From: an uncultured Candidatus Saccharibacteria bacterium
GTDB taxonomy: Bacteria; Patescibacteriota; Minisyncoccia; Phycocordibacterales; UBA1006
Direction: 5' to 3'
Length of the DNA: 64,000 nucleotides
Assembly (NCBI GenBank): GCA_964601935.1
Contig: CAZROP010000004.1
Span: forward strand, 6,493-70,492
Of the stretch, positions 30,143 to 40,140 are shown one piece after another; position 1 is the stretch's first letter; each line of letters begins with the position of its first letter. A program made the translations under genes and the position numbers. The notes under the pieces were generated by a model, which had not been told where the DNA came from, made no database searches, and was given only the letters and a program-made list of their open reading frames with translations.

Positions 30143-31153
30143 TTAAACATTTGCTAACTTTTCTTTGAACTGCTTTGTAGCTGCTACATAACCACCCTCA
30201 TCGATATCGAGCAGTCCTGCCGAGTATATTTCAGACTCTCGTACCAGATAGGTGACAATTGAATTACCCGAGATGGTATATCCATGCGTAATAACACCCT
30301 CTTCTTCTAATTGATCTAGAAAGGCTACCACTTGATCTAATTGTTCTCGCGTCCCCGCAACAATCATATTCAATACCCCGCTTGTTTTGATAAAATCTAC
30401 AGAGAATATCCGCTCATGCTCCATGACAACTAATGGGTGTTGCGTAAAAAACTGAGGAGCTAGCTCGCCTATTTTACTGACCACTCTATCGTAGACAGCT
30501 AGCCTGTCGTCTTGTTTGGGTACCACAATCATACAAAGGAATTGCTCGTCGCCTGAGGTCGGGGTAATTTTTTGCCATACTGGCAAGATAAAATCATCAT
30601 AAGTGAGTGTAGCTACATCAATATCGGAGATCAGTGATTCGATACGGTATTCAGTATCATTTTTTATACTCTGATCTATCCAACGAAATGCAGAATCGTC
30701 AAACAATGAGTGTGCTATAATCCCGTCACCACCAACACGCTTCACTCTCAGGTTATGTCCAGCTGCCCGAACATCTGAAACAGGGATAATACCAATGCGT
30801 AATGATGCACCACATACAGAATGTCCGTAATGATATAGTTTTATAGATTCATAACTCACCTCACGCAACAATTCTGGCGGAAAACAGGCGACAATACCAT
30901 CGCCTGCGTACACATAGGGAATCTCAATACCTGATCGAACACTCGCACGAACCATCATATCAATACCTCCAGCTGCCAATTTCGTGACAGTGCTCCATTC
31001 ACCCTTGTCAAAAAAAGCTGTTGACGACTCTACGTCAGTAGCAAGCACATACCAATCATCAGGAACGGCTGTGAATTCATCAGGACGTGCAAATAACTGA
31101 CCAGGAACCATAGGATATCGCGGTAATTCAGAATAAAAATGCTGTGTCCCCAT
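30143..31153 (-). CDS. DUF3095 family protein
   Basis: FY..LP, F.AVPDDWYVL.TDV..ST, PYVYAGDG, LRIG.IPV..VR.AG, DGGY..A. Confidence 0.8.
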   Translation of the reverse strand: MGTQHFYSELPRYPMVPGQLFARPDEFTAVPDDWYVLATDVESSTAFFDKGEWSTVTKLAAGGIDMMVRASVRSGIEIPYVYAGDGIVACFPPELLREVSYESIKLYHYGHSVCGASLRIGIIPVSDVRAAGHNLRVKRVGGDGIIAHSLFDDSAFRWIDQSIKNDTEYRIESLISDIDVATLTYDDFILPVWQKITPTSGDEQFLCMIVVPKQDDRLAVYDRVVSKIGELAPQFFTQHPLVVMEHERIFSVDFIKTSGVLNMIVAGTREQLDQVVAFLDQLEEEGVITHGYTISGNSIVTYLVRESEIYSAGLLDIDEGGYVAATKQFKEKLANV

Positions 31154-31210
31154 AGGTAATTACTATATCACATTCATTTCATATCCAGCAACGTGTATAC
31201 TGTGAGTGTT

Positions 31211-31732
31211 ATGCGTATTCTCATCATTGTAGCGTGTCTGTTTGTATTGTTCTTTTCTGCTGCGGGGTATGTGCGCGTAGAGTACCCTGAACTTTTTGAA
31301 ACTATTATAGATAAGGGCAACCAGTTTATCTATAACACTACTTTTAAATTTGATAAAACCGACACAGACACTACAAATGCAGAGCCCAAAACAAACACCG
31401 CTCTATCTCCGGATGACTTACCACCTGCCACCTACGAATCCTATACTGCCGACAAACTCGCTCGCGCAAAGAAAGCCCCTGTAGTATTATTTTTTCATGC
31501 GTCATGGTGTCCGTCGTGCATATCGACAGACCGCATTTTTGTAAAAAAAATCACGACACTGCCTCCTGGGGTATCCATACTTAAAATAGACTACGATACT
31601 GCTGTCGAGTTAAAAGAGCGCTATGATATCACCTATCAGCATACCTTTGTCCAGGTTGATACGAATGGCAAGGAGCTGGCTCGCTGGAGCGGTGGCGCAA
31701 TTGACGGAATAATCGCCAACCTGGTCCAGTAA
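31211..31732 (+). CDS. Membrane-anchored thioredoxin-like protein
   Basis: VVLFFHASWCPSC, KIDYD, QHTFVQVD.NG. Confidence 0.9.
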   Translation: MRILIIVACLFVLFFSAAGYVRVEYPELFETIIDKGNQFIYNTTFKFDKTDTDTTNAEPKTNTALSPDDLPPATYESYTADKLARAKKAPVVLFFHASWCPSCISTDRIFVKKITTLPPGVSILKIDYDTAVELKERYDITYQHTFVQVDTNGKELARWSGGAIDGIIANLVQ

Positions 31733-31794
31733 TACATAATGCAATGATATACACCTATACGTCAATAGGGGTGTATCAGTATAATGGTACACAT

Positions 31795-33096
31795 ATGCCA
31801 AAGATAACAAAATCACATGACCTAGCCTCGCCTCGTGGTATGCGAGATATTTTCGGTCAGGAGTACTATGAAATGCAGGGCTTTTTCGAGAAAGCTCAGG
31901 AAGTCGCGATGTACTATGGATTTGAACCTATTGCTACCCCTATTTTGGAGCACGAGGATATTTGGCTGCGTGCAGCGAGTGAATCTGACGCTGTCCAAAA
32001 AGAAATGTACAGCCTTGTGACCAAGGGCGGAGACAAACTTGCCATGCGCCCCGAGAAAACCGCGGGTGTCGTTCGAGCATATATTGAACATGGGATGAAA
32101 TCCTGGACCCAGCCAGTTATGTTCTATCACTATGGACCCGTGTTCCGTCACGACAAACCACAAAAAGGCCGCTACCGCCAATTCCACCAGTTTGACCTGG
32201 ATATCCTTGGAACCGAAGCACCTGTCGCTGATGCAATCATTATTCAGACAGCCTGGAAGATCCTTCAAGAATGTGGAGCCCCAAGTGATATTTTCGTAGA
32301 GATTAATTCTATCGGAGACGAAAATTCTCGTAAAGAGCACGACAAAGAACTGCGTGCATACTATAAAAAACACTCTGCAAAATTAGCACCCCTTGATCGT
32401 GAAAGACTGAAGACTAATGTATTACGTATACTCGACTCAAAAGAAGCAAGCACTATTGAAGTTAATCAAGGCGCGCCGAAGAGTATTGACTTTTTATCTA
32501 ATCCTGCAAAAAAACACTTCAAAACAGTATTGGAACATTTGGATGAGCTGGGCATACCCTATCGAATTAACAACATGTTGGTGCGCGGACTGGACTACTA
32601 CACTCACACTGTATTTGAAATCGTAGAGCCAGTAACCGACGAGGAAACCGGCAAGACACGCACTCAGGCAATCCTCGGAGGTGGTCGTTATGATTATTTG
32701 GCGAACAGCCTGGGGCACAAGAAAGAAATTCCGGCAGTCGGGATGGCAATCGGCGTAGAGCGTGTTATTCATGCTTCATGGTGGAAGAAATTGACTCCCC
32801 GCATTATAAAGCAACCAAAGGTATACTTTATTCAGTTAGGATTCGATGCAAAACTACAGAGCCTTTCAATTATGGACGATTTGCGCAAGGCAAAGATATC
32901 TATCCTACAATCGCTGTCAAAAGATAAGCTTTCTATACAGTTAGCTGCTGCTGAAAAATCGGGTGTACCTTATGTTCTGATATTTGGTCAGCGTGAAGCC
33001 TTGGACAAAACAATTATTCTACGTGATTTAGAGGCTCGAACACAAAAGGTAATCAAGCTAAAAGATTTGATAGAAACATTAAAGAAACTAAAGTAA
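31795..33096 (+). CDS. hisS: Histidine--tRNA ligase
   Basis: PRGMRD, MRPEKTA, FRHDKPQKGRYRQFHQ, LVRGLDYY, GGGRYD, G.ER. Confidence 0.97.
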   Translation: MPKITKSHDLASPRGMRDIFGQEYYEMQGFFEKAQEVAMYYGFEPIATPILEHEDIWLRAASESDAVQKEMYSLVTKGGDKLAMRPEKTAGVVRAYIEHGMKSWTQPVMFYHYGPVFRHDKPQKGRYRQFHQFDLDILGTEAPVADAIIIQTAWKILQECGAPSDIFVEINSIGDENSRKEHDKELRAYYKKHSAKLAPLDRERLKTNVLRILDSKEASTIEVNQGAPKSIDFLSNPAKKHFKTVLEHLDELGIPYRINNMLVRGLDYYTHTVFEIVEPVTDEETGKTRTQAILGGGRYDYLANSLGHKKEIPAVGMAIGVERVIHASWWKKLTPRIIKQPKVYFIQLGFDAKLQSLSIMDDLRKAKISILQSLSKDKLSIQLAAAEKSGVPYVLIFGQREALDKTIILRDLEARTQKVIKLKDLIETLKKLK

Positions 33097-33097
33097 C

Positions 33098-33610
33098 ATG
33101 ACGTGGGAGCAATCAATAGTACAAAAAGAACACCCTGCGCTACATGAACGTGCAGTTGATATTCCACTAGAACAGATAACTGGTAGCGAGATTCAAGCAA
33201 TGATAGCTGATATGCATCGATTATTGCAAGAACAGCATGACGGCGTAGCATTAGCAGCCCCACAGATTGGCGCATCAGTACGATTATTCATCGTATCTTC
33301 TCGGGTATTTACAAAATTGCACCCTCTGGAGCCACTGGTATACATCAACCCTGTCATAACCAAACGCTCTAAAAATCAAAAAACTATGGACGAAGGTTGT
33401 CTGTCAGTCCGCGGCTGGTACGGAAAAACTATTCGCAGTACCGATGTTACTGTTACCGCCTATAATGAGCGTGGGCACAAGTTCACTCGCCCGGCAACCG
33501 GGCTGCTAGCGCATATATTTCAGCATGAAATTGATCATTTGGAAGGTGTTCTGTTCTGCGATCATGCTACAGATATGGAGGAGGTCGAGATACCAGAATC
33601 AGCTCGGTAG
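33098..33610 (+). CDS. def: Peptide deformylase
   Basis: GVALAAPQIG, EGCLSV, QHEIDHLEG. Confidence 0.97.
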   Translation: MTWEQSIVQKEHPALHERAVDIPLEQITGSEIQAMIADMHRLLQEQHDGVALAAPQIGASVRLFIVSSRVFTKLHPLEPLVYINPVITKRSKNQKTMDEGCLSVRGWYGKTIRSTDVTVTAYNERGHKFTRPATGLLAHIFQHEIDHLEGVLFCDHATDMEEVEIPESAR

Positions 33611-33623
33611 TATACTGCTATAT

Positions 33624-34466
33624 ATGCGCGTAGTATTTTTCGGAACTCCAGCACTCTGTATACCCTATCTAGACATGCTTTCCCGAGAGCACGAACTCGT
33701 TGCTATTGTATGCAACCCTGACCAGCCTACAGGACGACGACAAGTAGTGATGCCGCCTCCGACCAAACAATGGGGTCTACAGCATGCAGTTACAGTCCTA
33801 CAACCTGAAAAACTGAAGGGCTTTGAAACCACACTCGTAGAGTATGGGGCAGATATTTTTGTCGTTGTTGCATACGGCAAGATTATTCCAGAAGTTATTA
33901 TCAAGCTCCCATACTACGGGACACTGAATGTACATTACAGCCTACTACCACGATGGCGGGGTGCATCCCCCGTAGAAGCGGCCGTGTTGGCTGGTGACAA
34001 CCTATCTGGTGTCTGCATACAACAAATGCGATTCCAGCTGGATAGCGGGCCAATTTGGGCGTCTGAAGATGTCAACATAGGACCAAGTGATTATGCCCGA
34101 ACGCTGAGAGACGGAATTATGGGCGAAGTTGGAGTGCGGTTACTGAAACAGACATTAGAGACAATTCAAACTTCTGACCCCCACTCTAACCCTCCCCCTC
34201 AAAGGGGAGGAAATACGGAACCCGCAGAACAAATCGGCGAGCCAACTTTCTGTTATCGAATTAAAAAATCTGATGGTGAACTTCTCGATACTGACGACGA
34301 TCTAACACGCTGGCGCAAGTATCGGGCCTACCACCCCTGGCCTGGGGTCTTCTATTTTGACGAATCAGGGGCTCGTGTGAAAATAAATGAGGCGGTATTT
34401 GACAATGACCACTTTGTTCCTACTGTTATTACCAAAGAGGGCGAAAAACCGATGAGACTAGTATAA
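33624..34466 (+). CDS. fmt: Methionyl-tRNA formyltransferase
   Basis: MRVVFFGTP, VVAYG.I, NVHYSLLPRWRGASP, LDSGP, PWPG. Confidence 0.95.
   Translation: MRVVFFGTPALCIPYLDMLSREHELVAIVCNPDQPTGRRQVVMPPPTKQWGLQHAVTVLQPEKLKGFETTLVEYGADIFVVVAYGKIIPEVIIKLPYYGTLNVHYSLLPRWRGASPVEAAVLAGDNLSGVCIQQMRFQLDSGPIWASEDVNIGPSDYARTLRDGIMGEVGVRLLKQTLETIQTSDPHSNPPPQRGGNTEPAEQIGEPTFCYRIKKSDGELLDTDDDLTRWRKYRAYHPWPGVFYFDESGARVKINEAVFDNDHFVPTVITKEGEKPMRLV
34178..34212 (+). repeat. BoxC-like repeat copy inside fmt
   Basis: CCCCCACTCTAACCCTCCCCCTCAAAGGGGAGGAA, similar to 38575-38613. Confidence 0.7.
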
Positions 34467-34675
34467 CTAGCCTCCATGAATTTTATTTGCTATACTCGAG
34501 TTCAGATGATGACCATTATTTCCATATCAGTGCTCTTCGCATTTTGTTTTGCCGGAGTACTGCTCCCAGCAGTCACTGCATGGGGAGCCGACGACGGTCT
34601 TGTATCTACAGGATCGTCGTTTTTCTATTGACAAATATAATTCACAGGCGTAGCATACTGTTAAAACACTGCGCC

Positions 34676-34786
34676 ATGCTGATATTGCTATTATTTGTAG
34701 GAGTCATTCTTTACACCAGAAATACAATCGTTACCGAGTGGAAAGATCTGGCAGGTAGCTCTGTGACCGAAAAAGAGGAGTTATAA
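34676..34786 (+). CDS. 36-aa single-TM small protein (MLILLLFVGVILYTRNTIVTEWKDLAGSSVTEKEEL)
   Basis: Preceded by TTGACA(34628)-N17-TAGCAT. Confidence 0.45.
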   Translation: MLILLLFVGVILYTRNTIVTEWKDLAGSSVTEKEEL

Positions 34787-34835
34787 TATCCAGTAGTACG
34801 GATATGGTAGCTTCTCTTTTTGCATTGATCCCGGC

Positions 34836-35285
34836 TTAATCTGTCATTAATACTTTCAGATCTGCTAGTAATCGTGCAGCATGATTAGCAGGGTCCACGT
34901 TGGCATATACCTTTGCTATGCGACCTTGTGGATCAATGATATAGGTCATGCGTTTGGTTCCACCGAGTGCATTCTGGCACTCATAATCAGCGATCGTATC
35001 ACAGTCAGGATCTGATAGTAATATAAAAGGCAAACTATATTTTGCCTTGAAACGCACATGAGACTCTACAGAGTCCTTTGAAATACCAAATACTGTAACG
35101 CCTAGCTCTGTAAATTCATCATATACATCGCGAATCATGCAGGCCTCTGTCGTGCAGCCAGGTGTGTCGTCCTTGGGATAGAAATACACCACCACCCATG
35201 ATCCCAAATAACCGGATAATGGATATACTGATCTATCATCTCCTATCAAAGAAAAACTCGGCGCCATACTGCCTGGTTGTAACAT
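34836..35285 (-). CDS. bcp: Peroxiredoxin Bcp/PrxQ
   Basis: YFYPKDDTPGCTTEAC, GISKD, SH..F..KY.LPF.LLSD. Confidence 0.95.
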   Translation of the reverse strand: MLQPGSMAPSFSLIGDDRSVYPLSGYLGSWVVVYFYPKDDTPGCTTEACMIRDVYDEFTELGVTVFGISKDSVESHVRFKAKYSLPFILLSDPDCDTIADYECQNALGGTKRMTYIIDPQGRIAKVYANVDPANHAARLLADLKVLMTD

Positions 35286-35297
35286 AATAGGCTTATA

Positions 35298-35831
35298 CTA
35301 CCATACAACCTGACTATTATCATTTATGTATGTGTACAGACATTTTTTATATTCTTTGCCGATCAATTCTATACTCTCTTTCAGGTCTTCTAAGATACTG
35401 ACAAATGAGTCTCGCGCTTCAGCACCTTCGCCTTGCAAAGACTGCTCAAACTCTTGCCAAGCACTGTTTCTCCGAATTACGAATAGTATACTAACAATAG
35501 CAAGTGCTGCAAAGTTAACATCAATGTCATCTGCATGAGAACCTATATAATTAGCTTCCAGAGACTGAAGTACTAGTTTGTATTTTTCCACTGCCTTGTT
35601 ATACCCTGCTTTGTATGCCGGATACCTTTCTACTTCTGTTGCCACAGAATTTAGTGATGGATCTATCTGCATACTTGGAATTTCAAATTCTTCTCCTAAA
35701 CACAAAAATTTCATAAGTTTCTCTAGTTTTTCACGAGAGTATCCACGCTCATCTAAAAGGCCATGTTTCTCTTCCAAGACTTCTATGGTGCTGGCTATAC
35801 GTGATTCCATCGAAGACATATTTTCATTCAT
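35298..35831 (-). CDS. Hypothetical helical protein
   Basis: AT-rich ORF; start placed at MNENM, 8 nt after TATGCT. Confidence 0.7.
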   Translation of the reverse strand: MNENMSSMESRIASTIEVLEEKHGLLDERGYSREKLEKLMKFLCLGEEFEIPSMQIDPSLNSVATEVERYPAYKAGYNKAVEKYKLVLQSLEANYIGSHADDIDVNFAALAIVSILFVIRRNSAWQEFEQSLQGEGAEARDSFVSILEDLKESIELIGKEYKKCLYTYINDNSQVVW

Positions 35832-35914
35832 ATATAACCAGCATATCATACTGATGTAGTTAGAAGAATCCACAATGAGCATCAATTACCTGCAAGCGTG
35901 CTACACTATGACAT

Positions 35915-36811
35915 ATGAAGCATGCATTGATTGTGGGAGGGTCCGGATTCATAGGTCAGGCATTGGTGAGAACATGCCTGAGCCGAGGATACCGCGTCAG
36001 TGTATTCGACATCCGTATTGGCAGTACTGAACACGAACATCTGCGCTACTATCCTGTTGACGTACAGGGCGGGAAATTGCCATCACTACCACTCTGCGAC
36101 GTGATAATCAATCTTGCAGGAGCACCCATCAATCATCGATTTACAAAAGAGTACAAAAAAATACTCTGGTCCAGCCGTATTATATGCACGCGATCTCTAC
36201 GCCAATGGGTAGAAACGCAATCCTGGCAACCGCAGATATACGTTGGTGCTAGTGCGGTAGGATATTATGGCAATCGCGGTAACGAGACATTATCAGAACA
36301 ATCACGTCCAGGACAGGGTACACTGGCACGAATCTGCGTTGACTGGGAACGTGAACATAAGGCATTCGAGAAACTAGGTATTCCAGTTGCTACACTACGC
36401 CAAGGACACGTGTTGGGTGCAGGAGGATTTTTACAAGAAATACTCCCCTGGTTTCGACGTGGGTTCAGAGTAATTATAGGAAACGGCGTCTATTATCTGC
36501 CATGGATCGACCTACGTGACCTCTGCACGCTGTATATGTCCCTGATAGAGGGAAAGATACCCCCTGGAACATATAATGCCGTGGCGACCGATATAATGCC
36601 TTATACGCGATTCTCCCGGGTACTGGCAGGTCTCACCCATGCACGAATACCATTACCTGTACCCGTATGGGCATTGCGACTACGCTATGGCGAACTGGCG
36701 GACCATATGACAGCCAGTCAGCGCATACAAACTGGTGATGCGATCGCTACCCTCTTACAGCATCCAGACCTTTCGGCATCTCTCTCAGACATTGTAACAA
36801 AGTGGCCATAA
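35915..36811 (+). CDS. TIGR01777 family NAD-dependent epimerase (YfcH-like)
   Basis: GGSGFIG, INLAGA.I, SR...T, ASAVGYYG, C..WE, PWI...D. Confidence 0.9.
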   Translation: MKHALIVGGSGFIGQALVRTCLSRGYRVSVFDIRIGSTEHEHLRYYPVDVQGGKLPSLPLCDVIINLAGAPINHRFTKEYKKILWSSRIICTRSLRQWVETQSWQPQIYVGASAVGYYGNRGNETLSEQSRPGQGTLARICVDWEREHKAFEKLGIPVATLRQGHVLGAGGFLQEILPWFRRGFRVIIGNGVYYLPWIDLRDLCTLYMSLIEGKIPPGTYNAVATDIMPYTRFSRVLAGLTHARIPLPVPVWALRLRYGELADHMTASQRIQTGDAIATLLQHPDLSASLSDIVTKWP

Positions 36812-36912
36812 TGCTTTTCTCCTTTTCCGTCATTCTAGATCGGAGGCTGGGAAGACAGAAGTTTTGTAAATATCTTTGACTTTTTTGGGTTTACTTTTCC
36901 AGCCAAGAATAC

Positions 36913-36941
36913 AACAAGACCCCTCGAGGAGGGGTCTTGTT
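36913..36941. terminator. Bidirectional intrinsic terminator
   Basis: AACAAGACCCCTC-GAG-GAGGGGTCTTGTT. Confidence 0.75.
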
Positions 36942-36958
36942 CTAGAATATTACATCTA

Positions 36959-38455
36959 CTATGTTCCGGTAGTAGTTTCAGCAGTATCTTTCTTCTCGGC
37001 TTCTGACACAGGGACACCCTCGTCATTCACAGTACGGTCACGATTAGTATCGACAACAGGGTCACCTGATTTCAGAGGATCTACCATCATAGTTGATAGT
37101 CCCTTGTACTTTTCAGAGATAAAGTCCCAGAAAGGTTTTGTTAGAATAGTCACGAACTGTGTTGGCGGCATGTCATATTCATCAACAACCACACCTGATT
37201 CCAGAACTTTTTGCCCTGTATCACAACCCACCATGTAGTTAGCAAACTTTGAGGTAGTTTTGTACCAGAATCCGGTTGCTTCGTCAGGAGTTAATTCCCA
37301 TGGAGCCAAGATATATTTAGAATACGTCTGCTGGAATGCCTTTACCGCTTCGAATGTTGGAAGATCGTAGATACCAGTCACCTGGAGACGTGCATTCATG
37401 TATACATTCAAGAACATCTGGATTTTCTGTACATCAACACCGCGCTCACCCACATCCCAGTATCCTTCGATTGCAGAACAGAATGCGTTAGAGCTTGTTC
37501 CTGTAGTAGTTCCGGACTGCTGCGCAGCATATAATGCTGCCTGTACTGGATCTACCCATGATCCGCCTCCTCCCCCACCATTACCACCTTCTGGCAACAC
37601 AGGTGCTGGCGCATCAATAACAATAGCTTTGTTACCTGCTAGAGAGTTTTCTGAAGGCAAATTAGGTAATGTCAGTGATGCAGATGCATCAGTGACCGTA
37701 TCCATAGCAGTTCCTGCCAATAGTGTGAGTGCAGAGGTTGCCTGATACTGCAGATCAGGAGTCATATCGCCCGCCACTACCGTATAGGTAAATGTTAATT
37801 CATTAGTAGTTGTTTCTACGCCGAATGGACCGCCTACCAATGTAGCTGTGCCCGCGTTAGGACCAACATCCAAATCCAAGTTTGCGTTAAACCCTGCAGA
37901 GAATTTTACTGGTTCAGAAAACTGTACAGTAACAGTAATAACATTTCCTGTTGTGTAGGTAGCGTTTGGTAACGAAGAAGTTACATTAGTAACAGTTGGT
38001 GCAGGGTTCTCTACCATCTGATTAACAAAGAATGTCAGGTCCAGTATAGGATCAGGACTCGGCCAACAGGTTGGCTGGTTTGCAGGATACAAATAGAATG
38101 ATCCTGTTCCTGATACGTCGTTCACTGTTACCTGAATTGCAGAACCAGTATCACTGGACACAGTTACGCCGCCTGTAGTGACAGAACCAATAGTACCCAC
38201 CATAAAGTCGCCTGCAGAAACATCTGTTGCAGCTGGTGCAAAGTCTACATTGTATACAAAGTCTGTGGTTCCATCGACAGTATATGGAGTGAATGCAACC
38301 TGATACGCATTCGATGGATTGAATCGCTGAATAGAAGCGATTGAAGTACCTCCGAAATCAGTACAAGCCTCGATAGCAGAGACATCAGGAGTTGTAACGA
38401 ATAAACTGCCCAGAACAAGGACAAAAGCGGATAAGGTAGAAATGGTGGTTTTCAT
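36959..38455 (-). CDS. Secreted Ig-like repeat protein with C-terminal peptidoglycan-binding domain
   Basis: Signal MKTTIS...; Ig-like PTVTNVTS...Y..G..I.VTVQFSEPV; Gly linker; DVQKIQMFLN...TGIYD..T..AVKAFQ. Confidence 0.85.
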   Translation of the reverse strand: MKTTISTLSAFVLVLGSLFVTTPDVSAIEACTDFGGTSIASIQRFNPSNAYQVAFTPYTVDGTTDFVYNVDFAPAATDVSAGDFMVGTIGSVTTGGVTVSSDTGSAIQVTVNDVSGTGSFYLYPANQPTCWPSPDPILDLTFFVNQMVENPAPTVTNVTSSLPNATYTTGNVITVTVQFSEPVKFSAGFNANLDLDVGPNAGTATLVGGPFGVETTTNELTFTYTVVAGDMTPDLQYQATSALTLLAGTAMDTVTDASASLTLPNLPSENSLAGNKAIVIDAPAPVLPEGGNGGGGGGSWVDPVQAALYAAQQSGTTTGTSSNAFCSAIEGYWDVGERGVDVQKIQMFLNVYMNARLQVTGIYDLPTFEAVKAFQQTYSKYILAPWELTPDEATGFWYKTTSKFANYMVGCDTGQKVLESGVVVDEYDMPPTQFVTILTKPFWDFISEKYKGLSTMMVDPLKSGDPVVDTNRDRTVNDEGVPVSEAEKKDTAETTTGT

Positions 38456-38574
38456 ATGACAGCAGTCTACCACAGAACTGTGGATAAATGCAAGAACCCT
38501 TGACAAGACCCATAAAAAGACACTATAGGACATTCCTCGTTTCAGTATGTCTTTTATACATTATGCTCTGCAGA

Positions 38575-38613
38575 CCCCTCACCCCAACCCTCTCCCAGAG
38601 GGCGAGGGAGTAC
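38575..38613 (+). repeat. BoxC-like repeat
   Basis: CCCCTCACCCCAACCCTCTCCCAGAGGGCGAGGGAGTAC. Confidence 0.75.
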
Positions 38614-38714
38614 AGATAACGCATGCGCGTGATGGCAAACAATCTACCAACACCGCGGGTTGGCAGTCATGCATTCAGAAAAAATATGTACACGCATACA
38701 TTACCAGACAAAAG

Positions 38715-38763
38715 AAAAAACCGGATACCCAATCTCTGCAACGTGCAGAATTGAATTTCCGGT
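38715..38763 (-). terminator. Terminator after the T9SS-CTD gene
   Basis: Long imperfect CCGGA...TCCGG hairpin followed by a U-run on the minus strand. Confidence 0.6.
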
Positions 38764-38806
38764 CTTAATTTAATCAAGAGATAGATTCCTCAAACCAAAC
38801 TACTGC

Positions 38807-39916
38807 CTACTGCTTGATGAAGCTAATCGTCTCGCCTTGAGGGGTTTTTTTAGCTCCCTCGAGCCTGATAATCATGTATGTACCGGAAACAAGTCCAGAC
38901 ACATCGAGCCTGTAGAATACCTGACCTGGATCGAGAGAGTATTCATGCGCCAGTTGCCCCGTGGCCTTGGCGTAGACTACGAACCCGGTAGTATTCTCGG
39001 GGAACCCCAAGAACAAGTCATTAGTTGCAGGATTCGGAAACACTTCCATTTTATGGACACTACCCATCAGGACAGCTGCCAGTTTTGAAAAGTTCTCGTT
39101 TCCATCGTAATCAACTTGTCTGACGCGGTAGTAGTTCCAACCCACTTTTGGTCGGTAATCGGTGAATTCATAGGTGTGCCCCGTCGGCGAACTTCCGTGG
39201 CCAGGAAGAGAATCGAGAGTGATAAACTCCTGCCCCTCACCGCGCTGGAAATAAATCATCCTGTTATTCAACTCACTAGCTGTAACCAGTCGAGCGCGAA
39301 CCCAGTTATTGGAAGGCCACGCGCCCCACTCAGCAATTTCAATTGGTAGTGGCGGGCAATTGAGCAACCCTGGCGTTCGCGGGCATTCCTGCCACTCACC
39401 ATCCACCTCGGGGACGAGTTGCAAAGAATTACCTGGAAGCGTTACGACATTTGGAGCACCTGCGTTGATCACCTCTATTACGAGACTGTCAGGGTGAGGT
39501 ACCTGCGGGAAACCACTCCACGTCACAGGGTTGTTGTAATTGATGGGACACCCTGTCCCGCCTGGGTGCAAACCGTATCTGTTGTGTTGTCCTGTAGTTG
39601 CAAGTCTTATGAGAAAGAACTCGCATCCACCAGCCAATACGCCATCAGCCACAGGCACCACATAACGACCGCCAGCAGGGATTGTCACTGTATTATTCAA
39701 AATAGTCGCAAAAGGAGTACTGTTCCCCTGAGTCCAAAATTCGTATTCTGGTAATGTCACATCACTACCGTTCGGATTATACAATTCAATGTATTCAAAC
39801 CCATTTTGGGTTGATATTTCTGTGATGTAACAACCGCCGCCGCCCGGCAGTGCCTGAGCAAATGTTGCGGTGCTAAAGACCAGCAGCGCAAAGCACAAAG
39901 TAAAAAACTTCTTCAT
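38807..39916 (-). CDS. Lamin-tail-domain protein with type A T9SS C-terminal sorting domain
   Basis: Signal ...TATFA|Q; ITEI...EYIELYNP...TPG (LTD); PLPIE...TASELNN...YEFTD..P..G.NYYRVRQVDYDG; VFPNPAT...LDVSGL.SGTY...FIKQ. Confidence 0.85.
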   Translation of the reverse strand: MKKFFTLCFALLVFSTATFAQALPGGGGCYITEISTQNGFEYIELYNPNGSDVTLPEYEFWTQGNSTPFATILNNTVTIPAGGRYVVPVADGVLAGGCEFFLIRLATTGQHNRYGLHPGGTGCPINYNNPVTWSGFPQVPHPDSLVIEVINAGAPNVVTLPGNSLQLVPEVDGEWQECPRTPGLLNCPPLPIEIAEWGAWPSNNWVRARLVTASELNNRMIYFQRGEGQEFITLDSLPGHGSSPTGHTYEFTDYRPKVGWNYYRVRQVDYDGNENFSKLAAVLMGSVHKMEVFPNPATNDLFLGFPENTTGFVVYAKATGQLAHEYSLDPGQVFYRLDVSGLVSGTYMIIRLEGAKKTPQGETISFIKQ

Positions 39917-39952
39917 GATTTCGATATTTTTTAAGTTTTTAAATTACTCTCC

Positions 39953-39980
39953 ACAGTACACGTAGATTGCGATATGTCAA
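39953..39980 (-). promoter_or_regulatory. Sigma70-like promoter, TTGACA-N16-TACTGT
   Basis: Upstream of 39916; CTATTGAC context shared with the promoters of 41436, 45874 and 63757. Confidence 0.55.
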
Positions 39981-40042
39981 TAGGTGAGGCGTGGTGTGAT
40001 ATTAATTCTCTCGGTCTTCTTATTAGCAGTAGTCTGGACAAC

Positions 40043-40092
40043 AAAAAACACGAAGTATCGGATTCGCCTAAAGGGGCGTCCAATACTTCGTG
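40043..40092 (-). terminator. Intrinsic terminator
   Basis: CACGAAGTAT...ATACTTCGTG hairpin plus a U-tract on the minus strand. Confidence 0.7.
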
Positions 40093-40140
40093 CTTACAAT
40101 CACCACAAACTACTGATCTGAATTGGATGAAGACTACGAG

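Noticed and set aside
34487-34786. 99-aa ORF from the track as one gene
   Set aside because: It crosses an internal terminator and promoter; better explained as a structured RNA/mini-ORF plus a 36-aa ORF.
38479-38487. Perfect DnaA box TGTGGATAA
   Set aside because: Single copy in a promoter spacer with no cluster, dnaA or unwinding element, so not oriC.
38547-38768. 73-aa ORF containing TPHPNPLPEGEG
   Set aside because: The peptide is simply the translation of the BoxC-like repeat; no other coding support.
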